Shown here in pieces: positions 11,585-22,513 of a stretch of DNA of 58,554 nt. Positions within the stretch are counted from its first letter, which is position 1; each line of letters starts with the position of its first letter. Position numbers and translations under genes: made by a program. Below the pieces are notes generated by a model. The model did no database searches. It had not been told where the DNA came from and saw only the letters and a list, made by a program, of their open reading frames with translations. The stretch is from Scyliorhinus canicula (lineage: Eukaryota): NCBI RefSeq assembly GCF_902713615.1, contig NW_024055744.1, positions 594,593 to 653,146 on the forward strand, written 5' to 3'.

Positions 11585-13204
11585 TATGTTTGTAGGTTCA
11601 AAAGGAGGAGGTGTTAGCAATTTTAGAAAATGTCAAAATAGATAAGTCCCCTGGGCCAGATGGGATTTATCCTAGGATTCTCTGGGAAGCCAGGGAGGAG
11701 ATTGCAGAGCCTTTGTCCTTGATATTTATGTCGTCTTTGTCGACAGGAATAGTGCCGGAAGACTGGAGGATAGCAAATGTTGTCCCCTTGTTCAAGAAGG
11801 GGAGTAGAGACAACCCTGGTAATTATAGACCTGTGAGCCTTACTTCGGTTGTGGGTAAAATGTTGGAAAAGGTTATAAGAGATAGGGTTTATAATCATCT
11901 TGAAAAGAACAAGTTGATTAGCGATACTCAACACGGTTTTGTGAAGGGTAGGTCATGTCTCACAAACCTTATTGAGTTTTTTGAGAAGGTGACCAAACAG
12001 GTGGATCAGGGTAAAGCTGTTGATGTGGTGTATATGGATTTCAGTAAGGCGTTTGATAAGGTTCCCCACGGTAGGCTATTGCAGAAAATAAGGAAGTATG
12101 GAATTGAAGGTGATTTAGCGGTTTGGATCAGTAATTGGCTAGCTGAAAGAAGACAGAGGGTGGTGGTTGATGGCAAATGTTCATCCTGGAGTTCAGTTAC
12201 TAGTGGTGTACCGCAAGGATCTGTTTTGGGGCCACTGCTGTTTGTCATTTTTATAAATGACCTGGAAGAGGGTGTAGAAGGATGGGTTAGTAAATTTGCA
12301 GATGACACGAAGGTCGGTGGAGTTGTGGATAGTGCTGAAGGATGTTATAGGATACAGAGGGACATAGATAAGCTGCAGAGCTGGGCTGAGAGGTGGCAGA
12401 TGGAGTTTAATGCGGAAAAGTGTGAGGTGGTTCACTTTGGAAGGAGTAACAGGAATGCAGAGTACTGGGCTAATGGCAAGATTCTTGGTAGTGTAGATGA
12501 ACAGAGAGATCTCGGCATCCAGGTACATAAATCCTTGAAAGTTGCCACCCAGGTTAATAGGGCTGTTAAGAAGGCATATGGTGTGCTAGCCTTTATAAGC
12601 AGGGGGATTGAGTTTCGGAACCACAGGGTCATGCTACAGCTGTACATAACTCTGGTGCGGCCACACCTGGAGTACTGCGTGCAGTTCTGGTCACCACATT
12701 ATAGGAAGGATGTGGAAGCTTTGGAAAGGGTTCAGAGGAGATTTACTAGGATGTTGCCTGGTATGGAGGGAAGGTCTTACGAGGAAAGGCTCAGGGAATT
12801 GAGGTTGTTTTCGTTAGAGAGGAGAAGGCTGAGAGGTGACTTAATAGAGACATATAAGATAGTCAGAGGGTTAGATAGGGTGGACAGTGAGAGTCTTTTT
12901 CCTCGGATGGTGATGACCAACACGAGGGGACATAGCTTTAAATTGAGGGGTGAGAGATATAGGGCAGATGTCAGAGGCAGTTTCTTTACTCAGAGAGTAG
13001 TAGGGGTGTGGAACGCCCTGCCTGCAACAGTAGTAGACTCGCCAACTTTAAGGGCATTTAAGTGGTCACTGGATAGACATATGGATGAAAATGGAATAGT
13101 GTAGGTCAGATAGGCTTCAGATGGTTTCACAGGTCGGCGCAACATCGAGGGCCGAAGGGCCCGTACTGCGCTGTAGTGTTCTATGTTCTATGTTCTATGT
13201 TCTA
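11585..13204 (+). mobile_element. 5'-truncated young CR1/HER1-type LINE
   Basis: Contains an uninterrupted RT ORF and ends in (TTCTATG)n. Confidence 0.95.
11611..13104 (+). CDS. CR1 ORF2 reverse-transcriptase region (497 aa, 5'-truncated element)
   Basis: [39 protein letters not shown] and FADD motifs. Confidence 0.9.
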   Translation: MLAILENVKIDKSPGPDGIYPRILWEAREEIAEPLSLIFMSSLSTGIVPEDWRIANVVPLFKKGSRDNPGNYRPVSLTSVVGKMLEKVIRDRVYNHLEKNKLISDTQHGFVKGRSCLTNLIEFFEKVTKQVDQGKAVDVVYMDFSKAFDKVPHGRLLQKIRKYGIEGDLAVWISNWLAERRQRVVVDGKCSSWSSVTSGVPQGSVLGPLLFVIFINDLEEGVEGWVSKFADDTKVGGVVDSAEGCYRIQRDIDKLQSWAERWQMEFNAEKCEVVHFGRSNRNAEYWANGKILGSVDEQRDLGIQVHKSLKVATQVNRAVKKAYGVLAFISRGIEFRNHRVMLQLYITLVRPHLEYCVQFWSPHYRKDVEALERVQRRFTRMLPGMEGRSYEERLRELRLFSLERRRLRGDLIETYKIVRGLDRVDSESLFPRMVMTNTRGHSFKLRGERYRADVRGSFFTQRVVGVWNALPATVVDSPTLRAFKWSLDRHMDENGIV

Positions 13205-13980
13205 ATTGCCCGACTGAAACCTGCACCAACATCACGTATTAAAAATATATCCCCCAATTTTACTCTAAATGTAATGGTTCCGAAATACACCTTGACACGG
13301 GTTAAAAGCACACAATACAATTATAGGATAATAGGAAATACCTCTTAATCACAGAGAGTGCTGAATGTGTGAAATTAATTTCAGGGTGAATTGAAGATGA
13401 CCCGACCCCTGAATTGTTTAAGGAGATATTTGGAGGAACATTCGGTGAGGGAGTTGAAACATCTCCAAATGATTGATACAAAATTGGCCGCATGGTCTTC
13501 ATCTTCCTTATTCCAACAAAGTTCAGCTAATCAAATGAACTGGGACACATAAGGAGTTGTAGAGTGTCTGAAATGTGAGCGGAAAGTCAAGCGATACTCA
13601 GCCGGAATGGCAACGGTTTTGAAGAGAGATGTAATGTAAACATTTTAAAGGATCATCTTTATGAGAACAGAAGGAAAACTTTACAGCGGTGAGAGGTTTT
13701 AAAGATGAATAGTGGCAGGTAAAGGGCAGAAAGAGTAAAACGGCAGGTGTGTAATTCAGTGGAAGGCGGGAAATGGTGGTCCAAGGAAAAGATGTGGTCG
13801 TGTGACAAGTAAATTAGCAATTCTGGCGGAGATGTACTCATGATAAGTAGATTCATCACTGCCAGGTGTCACCCAGAAGGAAAAGAGAAAGCATAAACAA
13901 AACTGCTGGTGAATTTAGGATCGCAACATGTTCAAGGCAATCTTGACTCTCGATGGTTAAAATTATTGGAATCTGTATCT

Positions 13981-14014
13981 TGCAGTTCCTTGTCAGCACC
14001 ACCAGAGAGCAGCA
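13981..14014 (+). promoter_or_regulatory. Candidate bipartite CTCF element
   Basis: TGCAGTTCC (upstream motif), 6 nt, GCACCACCAGAGAGCAGCA (core with one mismatch). Confidence 0.55.
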
Positions 14015-14399
14015 TTGGAGTAAGTGCAGGAACGATTTCCAGCAGCAAGCGATCAGTAACTTTCTTCAGAAAAAAGTAACTGGACGGGCAGTGCGGAAAA
14101 AGGATGTTATTTTAACATCAATAGGGTTTGTTATGACATTCAACCTAATGTATTCTTATGCAATGCCACTGTTGGTGGCTTATAAATATCACACAATACA
14201 GTTCGCACTGCACCCGTGTGGGAAAGCACACGGATTCAAATCATAAACTGAGACTTTGGAACTAATATCTGGGTTCTTGTCATGGTTCGAATGGTAAGTG
14301 TGGAATAAAACGTCTTCCAGAATGTGGGAGGGGCATCAAAAGAAATCGTTGCTGTTTCAGTTGAAATTCCGATGTCGAACCACCAAGAATAAGAGAGGT

Positions 14400-14745
14400 A
14401 GATCAGGGAGGCTGGAAGTGTCAGAGAATTTTACAGAAAAGAAGCGGCCCTTCAGCCCATCATGTTTGAGCCGGCCAACGAGCACTGTGTATTCTAACCC
14501 CATTTTAAAGCACTTGGTCCGCAGACTTGTATGTTCTGGTGTTTCAAGTTCTCATCGAACTGTTTTTTTTTAATGTAGCGAGAGTTCTGCCTCTCCCACC
14601 CTTGCAAGCAGCGAGTTCCAGATTCCAACAACCCTCTGAGTGAGAGTTTTTCCTCACATCCGCCTTAACTTTCCTGCCACTTACCTTATATCGATGGCAC
14701 CTTGATTAATGCCCCCGTTTCTACGTGGAAAACCTTCTTGCTATC
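14400..14745 (-). mobile_element. Old CR1 3' fragment
   Basis: GGCCCTTCAGCCCATCATG...ACCCTCTGAGTGAGAGTTTTTCCTCACATCC, similar to CR1 tails. Confidence 0.7.
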
Positions 14746-14805
14746 CACCCGATCTATGGCCTTCATAATATTGTGAACTTCGATCAGGATCAGGTTCCTA
14801 CCCTA

Positions 14806-15916
14806 CTCCGGAGGCTGGGGATTGAGGGTGATTTAGAGATGTGGATCAGAAATTGGCTAGTTGAAAGAAGACAGAGAGTGGTAGTTGATGGGAAATGTTC
14901 AGAATGGAGTTCAGTTACGAGTGGCGTACCACAAGGATCTGTTCTGGGGCCGTTGCTGTTTGTCATTTTTATAAATGACCTAGAGGAGGGCGCAGAAGGA
15001 TGGGTGAGTAAATTTGCAGACGACACTAAAGTCGGTGGAGTTGTAGACAGTGCGGAAGGATGTTGCAGGTTACAGAGGGACATAGATAAGCTGCAGAGCT
15101 GGGCTGAGAGGTGGCAAATGGAGTTTAATGTGGAGAAGTGTGAGGTGATTCACTTTGGAAAGAATAACAGAAATGCGGAATATTTGGCTAATGGTAAAAT
15201 TCTTGGTAGTGTGGATGAGCAGAGGGATCTCGGTGTCCATGTACATAGATCCCTGAAAGTTGCCACCCAGGTTGATAGGGTTGTGAAGAAGGCCTATGGT
15301 GTGTTGGCCTTTATTGGTAGAGGGATTGAGTTCCGGAGCCATGAGGTCATGTTGCAGTTGTACAAAACTCTAGTACGGCCGCATTTGGAGTATTGCGTAC
15401 AGTTCTGGTCGCCTCATTATAGGAAGGACGTGGAAGCTTTGGAACGGGTGCAGAGGAGATTTACCAGGATGTTGCCTGGTATGAAGGGAAAATCTTATGA
15501 GGAAAGGCTGATGGACTTGAGGTTGTTTTCGTTAGAGAGAAGAAGGTTAAGAGGTGACTTAATAGAGGCATACAAAATGATCAGAGGGTTAGATAGGGTG
15601 GACAGCGAGAGCCTTCTCCCGCGGATGGAGGTGGCTAGCACGAGGGGACATAGCCTTATATTGAGGGGTAATAGATATAGGACAGAGGTCAGAGGTGGGT
15701 TTTTTACGCAAAGAGTGGTGAGGCCGTGGAATGCCCTACCTGCAACAGTAGTGAACATGCCAACATTGAGGGCATTTAAAAATTTATTGGATAAGCATAT
15801 GGATGATAAGGGCATAGTGTAGGTTAGATGGCCTTTAGATTTTTTCCATGTCGGTGCAACATCGAGGGCCGAAGGGCCTGTACTGCGCTGTATCGTTCTA
15901 TGTTCTATGTTCTATG
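14806..15916 (+). mobile_element. 5'-truncated young CR1 LINE (RT C-terminal half open)
   Basis: ORF 14725-15822 with [10 protein letters not shown] and FADD; TTCTATG tail; nearly identical to the copy at 53.2-56.2 kb. Confidence 0.95.
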
Positions 15917-16287
15917 TACTCCCACATCCCCACCCTCCGGCGGGGTAGGAAGGCGGGAACGGTTATTTTTGTGTTTGCAGCTATTATTTGGACACCTTGG
16001 GTGGGATTCGCCATGTGTACTTGCAGCAGTAGACACCACCAGAGGTCAGTGCGAAGCAGTGAGGAACATTGAATATGGGCGGCCCAATGTGAACTCAGAA
16101 GCACTGTGGGCAGCTGTTAGTTTAAAACCTCAAGCAGGAAGTGTTTTTCTCTTTTGTTCGACAAAACGACACCTCTGAAGCGGGCCTTTGGCTTCTTGTT
16201 AGTTCTTCTGAATCTAATATCTATGCCCTGGTTCTAACCTGAACAAACTTAACAAAAGGTTCAGCCGACATTTCAGGTGATTTAATA

Positions 16288-16621
16288 ATGGTCCGAGTTT
16301 ACAGAGTCTCTTTGCTTGTTTTTCGCTCTGATCTGCACCGTTGAGACTGGAGAAGATGAGCTGCTGCAGCTCCCTCGGCGGATGGGTGTTCATGAAGCGG
16401 GAATCGTGTCCATGAACTGCACCAGCACCGCTGTGATGAAGATGGTGCGTTGGTACAGGCAGCAGCCAAATCAGCCACCCCAGCATCTAGTGCTGGCCAC
16501 AAGAGAAACCGATCAACACGGGAGGATCACTGCCTCAATCGGGGGAGAAAGCAAACTCAGTGTCCTGACTGTGAGAGAAGCCCGAGTTACCGACACTGCC
16601 ACCTATCTCTGCGCCGTGAGG
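16288..16621 (+). CDS. TRAV/DV: TCR V gene with apparently intronless leader; 1-nt frameshift in a T5 run (16319-16323)
   Basis: V ORF ETGEDELLQLPRRMGVHEAGIVSMNCTSTAVMKMVRWYRQQPNQPPQHLV...LSVLTVREARVTDTATYLCAVR. There is no phase-1 AG acceptor. Removing one T joins ATG 16288 in frame as MVRVYRVSLLVFALICTVETG. Confidence 0.8.
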
Positions 16622-16660
16622 CACAGTATCACAAGTAGATGGAGAGCTCGTACAGAAACC
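16622..16660 (+). other. 23-RSS
   Basis: CACAGTA, 23 nt, ACAGAAACC. Confidence 0.9.
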
Positions 16661-17547
16661 TACACTGAGTGGGAGCACTGCTCTACTGAGCTCGGAGAAT
16701 CGGCGGTGTGATTGGCGCAGTAATAATAATACAAGTACTGGGGAATGAGTGCAAAAGCTCGAAAATCAAGTGGGAAAGATTTAAATCGGATCAGAGTTGA
16801 AGAACGTTGGAAATAGACAGGGATAAATGAGGAACAAACAGGCGAACGAGATTACGTGCGTGATAAAGGGAAAACTAAAAAGTACAGGAATCGCACAGAA
16901 CATATAATCAAAATACTGTGAAAAATAAATGAAATAATGTGAAAAACTAATGAACGTCAGTAGCAGAGGTTAAAGATTATATCGTCATAACTGAAAATAA
17001 GGTTACATTTCCTCCTTTTCAACAAAATTCACATTCCCATGAGAGTTTGACAGTTTAATTCTCCGATAATGTGTCCTAATAATTGGTCCTTGGATATTGC
17101 CGCACGGGTAAATGAACAGTTTTCTCCTTGTTCTGCAACATTCTTTACCATCCTGCCCCAGCTCCAATGGTCCCGTGTTCCTCCCTGTTACCTTGAGAAA
17201 TGTGTTCATTTTCTGCGAACCGTGACTAAGCCAGCAACATACTGTGAGCAAAAGGACACGATGCACCGGTTGTGGTCAAACGGACCCAGAAACGGAATGT
17301 GAAAATGAAGAAAGGGCTGCACATTCATTCAAACAATTGGCAAAGCATCCGGACAAGTTGGAACGCGAGTGAACGCACCATGAATTAATTTATTCAATTA
17401 ATTTCAGCATGGATGCTGGTTGGAAGTTATTAATATAAGACTTCAGTTCCTGCTCAATTGTTTTTGTTTAGTGTTGTGTTTTGTTGATTTATTAATTGCT
17501 CTCTGACTCCCCACAGGCTGTGGACTTGTTTCTGTCTATCAGTGCGA

Positions 17548-17581
17548 GGGCGCCCTCTGCTGAGCAATAACTGGAACTGTC
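17548..17581 (-). promoter_or_regulatory. RSS-proximal bipartite CTCF element
   Basis: GACAGTTCC, 6 nt, TGCTCAGCAGAGGGCGCCC on the minus strand; the 14-bp core starts 25 bp after the nonamer. Confidence 0.65.
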
Positions 17582-17588
17582 AGTGTGG

Positions 17589-17626
17589 GGTTTTTGTACG
17601 GCACCCGCTATCTCTGCAGCAGTGTG
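17589..17626 (-). other. RSS with 22-bp spacer
   Basis: CACACTG, 22 nt, ACAAAAACC. Confidence 0.9.
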
Positions 17627-18047
17627 GGCTCCATGGCACAGAAATACACTGCGCTGTCGGAGGGAAGCGCCCTGGCGATATTTAAAGGGACTGTTTTGTT
17701 TCCTTTGTGTAAAACGGCAGAAAATCTTTCTGATAAACCTTGAGACGTACTTCCCGAGCTATATATCGTGAATAAATATTTGGGAGCTTTCCCGGGAGAC
17801 TGGATGTACCAGAACAGATTTCGATTACCAGCTGCCGAGTAACTGCAGTCCAATGTTACGGACTGTCCTTCCAGAACGGTTAACTCAGGTGGATTCTGCG
17901 ACACTGCATCGTTGCCATTGGTTCCTGCAACAAATTACAGAATCTGTTAAATATCTGGTGGCGAACCTTGGCGACAGACACTGACTATTTAAACAGAAAC
18001 TCACCAGGTAGCAAGAGAAGAATTAGTAAAGAACATTGGGAGAACAT
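17627..18047 (-). CDS. TRAV/DV: Intact TCR alpha/delta V gene (leader 18047-18005, intron 80 nt, V exon 17924-17627)
   Basis: MFSQCSLLILLLLP-G|GTGAG...ttgcAG|TNGNDAVSQNPPELTVLEGQSVTLDCSYSAAGNRNLFWYIQSPGKAPKYLF...VPLNIARALPSDSAVYFCAMEP. Confidence 0.95.
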
Positions 18048-18180
18048 GCCAGCTGCTTCAAAATTTCACAGAAGCCACAAAACTTTAAAAATATATCAAC
18101 ACATCCACTCCGACATGAAAAAGTAAACTCAGGTCATTGTGAGGCTTTATTTATTGAGAAGCGAATGAGCGTTGTCCAAT

Positions 18181-18600
18181 GGCATGATTGGCTGGTCTCT
18201 CAGTGCTGTCGGTATGATTGGCTGATCTCTCAGTGCTGTCGGCATGATTGGCTGGTCTCTCAGTGCTGTCGGTATGATTGGCTGGTCTCTCAGTGCTGTC
18301 GGCATGATTGGCTGGTCTCTCAGTGCTGTCGGCATGATTGGCTGGTCTCTCAGTGCTGTCGGCATGATTGGCTGGTCTCTCAGTGTTGTCGGCATGATTG
18401 GCTGCTCTCTCAGTACTGTCGGTATGATTGGCTGGTCTCTCAGTGCTGTCGGCATGATTGGCTGGTCTCTCAGTGCTGTCGGCATGATTGGCTGCTCTCT
18501 CAGTACTGTCGGTATGATTGGCTGGTCTCTCAGTGCTGTCGGTATGATTGGCTGGTCTCTCAGTGCTGTCGGTATGATTGGCTGGTCTCTCAGTGCTGTC
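18181..18600. repeat. 30-bp minisatellite, 14 copies, each carrying a CCAAT box
   Basis: Unit GG(C/T)ATGATTGGCTGGTCTCTCAGTGCTGTC; the minus strand reads CAGCCAATCAT. Confidence 0.95.
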
Positions 18601-18749
18601 AGTAATTGGGCACCAATCAATGTTAGTTGTAGCCCTTTCCCCCTCTGTCTGTCTTTTATTGTATCTCCTGTTCTCTGTTCGTCCCTCTGTCTGTTTGGCT
18701 CCTTTCAATCTTTAGGATTGTCTGTGAGCCAATCTCCGCTTTCCGCGTC

Positions 18750-19040
18750 TCGGAGCCCAGTTCTCCCTCCACAATGCTAGGACTGAACTCAGGACGAACT
18801 TCTTCACCCAAAGGTTTGTGAATCTATGGAATTCCCTGCCCAGTGACGCAGTTGAGGCTCCTTCATTGAATGTTTTCCATGATAAAGACAGATAGTTTTT
18901 TGAAGAATAAAGGAATAAGTGACAATGGTGTTCGGGCGGGAAAGTGGAACTGAGTCCACAAAAGATCAGCCATGATCTCATTGAATGGCGGAGCAGGCTC
19001 GAGGGGCCAGATGGCCTACTCCTCCTCCTAGTTCTTATGT
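18750..19040 (-). mobile_element. CR1 LINE 3' end fragment
   Basis: TTCTTCACCCAAAGGTTTGTGAATCTATGGAATTCC...GATCAGCCATGATCTCATTGAATGGCGG...CTCCTAGTTCTTATG. Confidence 0.85.
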
Positions 19041-19351
19041 TAATGTTCCAGGAAAATGCAGAATGCGGAACACACAATTGCCCCCAGTCTCCCATTTTAG
19101 CATTAGTGGGAGCAGTGATATCAGACAAAATTTACTAATCACAACTGCGAGAAAAATCGGACACCGTGCTGCCCTTGTTGAATATAATCATGCAACACGC
19201 TTCAAACTTCTTGAAGTAGCGAAAAGTAGCGTCCAGGGGACGCTGTGGTAATACATTTTGCACAGTTGTAAACTGCAAAATGCAGATGCAACCAGCCACA
19301 GCCCCGCCCCAAACTCCCCTTGCTGTTCTTGTTATGATCCACATTGCCTGC

Positions 19352-20678
19352 CATAAGACCATAAGACCATAAGACATAGGAGTGGAAGTAAGGCCATTCG
19401 GCCCATCGAGTCCACTCCGCCATTCAATCATGGCTGATGGGCATTTCAACTCCACCTCCCAGCATTCTCCCCATAGCCCTTAATTCCTCGCGACATCAAG
19501 AATTTATCTATCTCTGCCTTGAAGCCATTTAGCGTCCCGGCCTCCACTGCACTCTGCGGCAATGAATTCCACAGGCCCACCACTCTCTGGCTGAAGAAAT
19601 TTCTCCGCATTTCTGTTTTGAATTTACCCCCTCTAATTCTAAGGCTGTGCCCACGGGTCCTCGACTCCTCGCCTAACGGAAACAGTTTCTTTGCGTCCAT
19701 CCTTTCTAAGCCATGTATTATCTTGTAAGTTTCTATTAGATCTCCCCTTAACCTTCTGAACTCCAATGAATACAATCCCAGGAACGCCAGCCGTTCCTCA
19801 TATGCTAGACCCGCCATTCCAGGGATCATCCGTGTGAATCTCCGCTGGACACGCTCCAGTGCCAGTATGTCCTTCCTGAGATGTGGGGCCCAAAACTGGA
19901 CACAGTACTCCAAATGGGGCCTAACCAGAGCCTTATAAAGGCTCAGTAGCACATCGCTGCTTTTATATTCCAACCCTCTTGAGATAAATGACAACATAGC
20001 ATTCGCTTTCTTAATCACGGATTCAACCTGCATGTTTACCTTTAGGGAATCCTCGACTAGCACTCCCAGATCCCTTTGTACTTTGGCATTATGAATTTTC
20101 TCACCGTTTAGAAAGTAGTCTATGCTTGGATTCTTTTTTCCAAAGTGCAAGACCTCACATTTTCTCACGTTGAAATGCATCAGCCATTTCCTGCACCACT
20201 CTCCCAAACTGTCTAGATCCTTCTGCAGCCTCCCCACTTCCTCAGCACTACCTGCCTGACCACCTAACTTCGTATCATCAGCAAACTTCGCTAGAATGCC
20301 CCCAGTCCCTTCATCCAGATCATTAATATATATGGTGAACAGCTGCGGCCCCAACACTGAACCCTGTGGGACACCGCTGGTCACCGGCTGCCATTCCGAA
20401 AAAGAACCTTTTATCCCAACTCTCTGCCTTCTGTCAGACAGCCAATCCTCAACCCATGCCAGTAGCTCACCTCGAACACCATGGGCCCTCACCTTACTCA
20501 GCAGCCTCCTGTGTGGCACCTTATCAAAGGCCTTTTGGAAATCCAGATAGACCACATCCACTGGGTTTCCCTGGTCTAACCTACTTGTCACCTCCTCAAA
20601 GAATTCTAACAGGTTCGTCAGACACGACCTCCCCTTACTAAATCCATGTTGACTTGTTCTAATCCGACCCTGCTCTTC
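19352..20678 (-). mobile_element. 5'-truncated CR1 LINE with open RT (ORF 19446-20591)
   Basis: [19 protein letters not shown] and FADD motifs; (CATAAGAC)n tail. It truncates the upstream region of the V at 20.8 kb. Confidence 0.95.
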
Positions 20679-20807
20679 CGTTTGTTATTAACATCTTGTT
20701 TCCTCTTCGACTTTGGTTTGGATTACCAGTGCAGTGGGGAAGCAATCTGTATATTTGCTCCGACGGGTAGGTTATTGGACAGGAGGGTCCCGGATTCAGG
20801 GAGCGTC

Positions 20808-21293
20808 ATGCAGAAACAGCTCACACTGATCCTCATCATTATATCATTTCTCAGTAAGTATTTATTTTCCTGCAAAAAATATCCTCCCCAAGATCTCTAA
20901 CCAAGTTACCGTTCTGGTGAAATAATAATAGTCATGTTCATTGAGGTGATGACACTGACCATGATGATAATAGCTATGGTTTTCTGTCAGACTGGAGCCA
21001 CGAAGCAGCAGTGGAACAACCGACCCATGAAATAGCGGTGAGAGAGGAAAGTAATGTCACACTAACCTGCACCATGGAAAGAAGTGATCGTCGAAGTTAT
21101 ATGTTCTGGTACCGTCAACACTTTGGACAAACCCTACAGTATGTCATTCGTATTATAGGAGAGAAAGTGAGAAGACAACCCGACATCAGTGATCGATTCT
21201 CTTCGATGTTCGACATGAGTAGCAAGATTACAGAACTAAGGATCAGCAGTGCAATGATCTCTGACTCTGCGGTGTATCTCTGTGCACTGAACC
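20808..21293 (+). CDS. TRAV/DV: Intact TCR alpha/delta V gene (leader 20808-20853, V exon 20991-21293)
   Basis: MQKQLTLILIIISFL-A|GTAAGT...ctgtcAG|WSHEAAVEQPTHEIAVREESNVTLTCTMERSDRRSYMFWYRQ...ELRISSAMISDSAVYLCALNP. Confidence 0.95.
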
Positions 21294-21333
21294 CACAGTG
21301 CTTCAAAGATAGAGCAGGTCCTGTACAAAAACT
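21294..21333 (+). other. RSS with 24-bp spacer
   Basis: CACAGTG, 24 nt, ACAAAAACT. Confidence 0.9.
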
Positions 21334-21529
21334 CCCGCTGGCTTTTTCCAGTTGGTGCTCAGCAGAATGTTGTTTACCGACGAGCAACCGAATAAAAAGT
21401 CAAATCTCCACCGTGGTCATCTTGAAATGTTTAAAAACAAACAATTTGCCGCTTTACCTTCACTCTTATGGACAGTGGTTGAATGTAACAATGTGGCAAT
21501 ATCGGCAACAACACGACAACAATAATAAT

Positions 21530-22130
21530 CATATGGGGTGTGAAGGTGGTGGGCCAGAAATCCAGAGGTTAGGTTGCCAATTCCACCACGGCAGATGGTG
21601 GGATTCCAATGCATAACATCTGGAATTAAAAGGCCCATCATTGTGGTCAAAACTCTTTCGATGCAATAAAGTCCTGAACGGTCAGAAAATAACGAAACAT
21701 GCCGTCCTTACCTCATGATCTACATGTGACTCCAAGCCCACAGCATTGAATGTCGTGAAATGAGCGAGCAACTCACTCCGCTGTGTAGAAATCACATTTA
21801 GGATTAGAAACATGAAAATGACTAGAACACTCGGCATCCACCCAGGCGGCAGAAAGGACATTGGCAAACCTTACGCTGCCGGCACTTTCTAACAGCTGAG
21901 GCGTGCACGAAAATTGAGAAATCTCTCATAAAGGTCAATGAAGCCACAGGCTGACGCGGTCATACTCACAGAATCATTCTTGACCGATATTGTCTGGGAT
22001 ACAACAGCCGCCAATGCCTGGGAACCTCTGGTCTCATGGACAGAACAAACACGCCAGAGTGGGTAGCGCAGCGGTCGATTGGCATGTGACTGCCCCTTGG
22101 GAATCAAAGTGTCTCGGGCAATATAGATCG
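21530..22130 (+). mobile_element. Old Deu-domain SINE/LINE 5' relic with endonuclease remnants
   Basis: TCCACCACGGCAGATGGTGG...GCCGTCCTTACCTCATGATCTACATGTGACTCCAAGCCCACAGC (Deu-like core), then GTCATACTCACAGAATCA (V-I-L-T-E-S). Confidence 0.6.
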
Positions 22131-22513
22131 TGCGACCTCATTCCTGACTCCACGATTCTAGATTCTAGTCCGTCATGTCCCTCCCGATATATTTCTTCTC
22201 AGTGACTTGAGCAGTGACCAGGTGCAGGATGGTTACGGTCCAGTGAAGATTCAACTGTCGCTATTTCCGCTCCATCAGTTCCGAGTGCAGCTGAAAGTCA
22301 CCGCACACTTCACTCAATATTCAGACTGCGGTACCCCGCCCACAGCTTCCGGTTGCTGCTCTCATTCTGACCCAATTGTGTTACTGGAGAGATTGCTGCT
22401 GCCTGTTCATTCCTCTCATTGGTCGAATCAGTAGTGCAGTGTAACGGGGATCTTTATTTCTGTCTCTGACAGAGGATTGATCTCATTGTAGAGTTACAAA
22501 CCCGAGGAGGATC

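Noticed and set aside
11623-12647. Antisense ORFs over CR1 copies (also 14790-15815, 53469-55978)
   Set aside because: They are recurrent shadow frames of the conserved RT/EN coding strand.
14725-14805. N-terminus of the 365-aa ORF
   Set aside because: It is a chance in-frame read-through from an older minus-strand CR1 fragment into the truncated plus-strand element.
18181-18600. CRISPR-like appearance of the 30-bp repeats
   Set aside because: The units are head-to-tail with no unique spacers, the context is eukaryotic, and there are no cas genes.
18036-18780. Four long repetitive ORFs (157-189 aa) on both strands
   Set aside because: They are by-products of a stop-free 30-bp tandem unit in a V promoter, with no splice or domain evidence.
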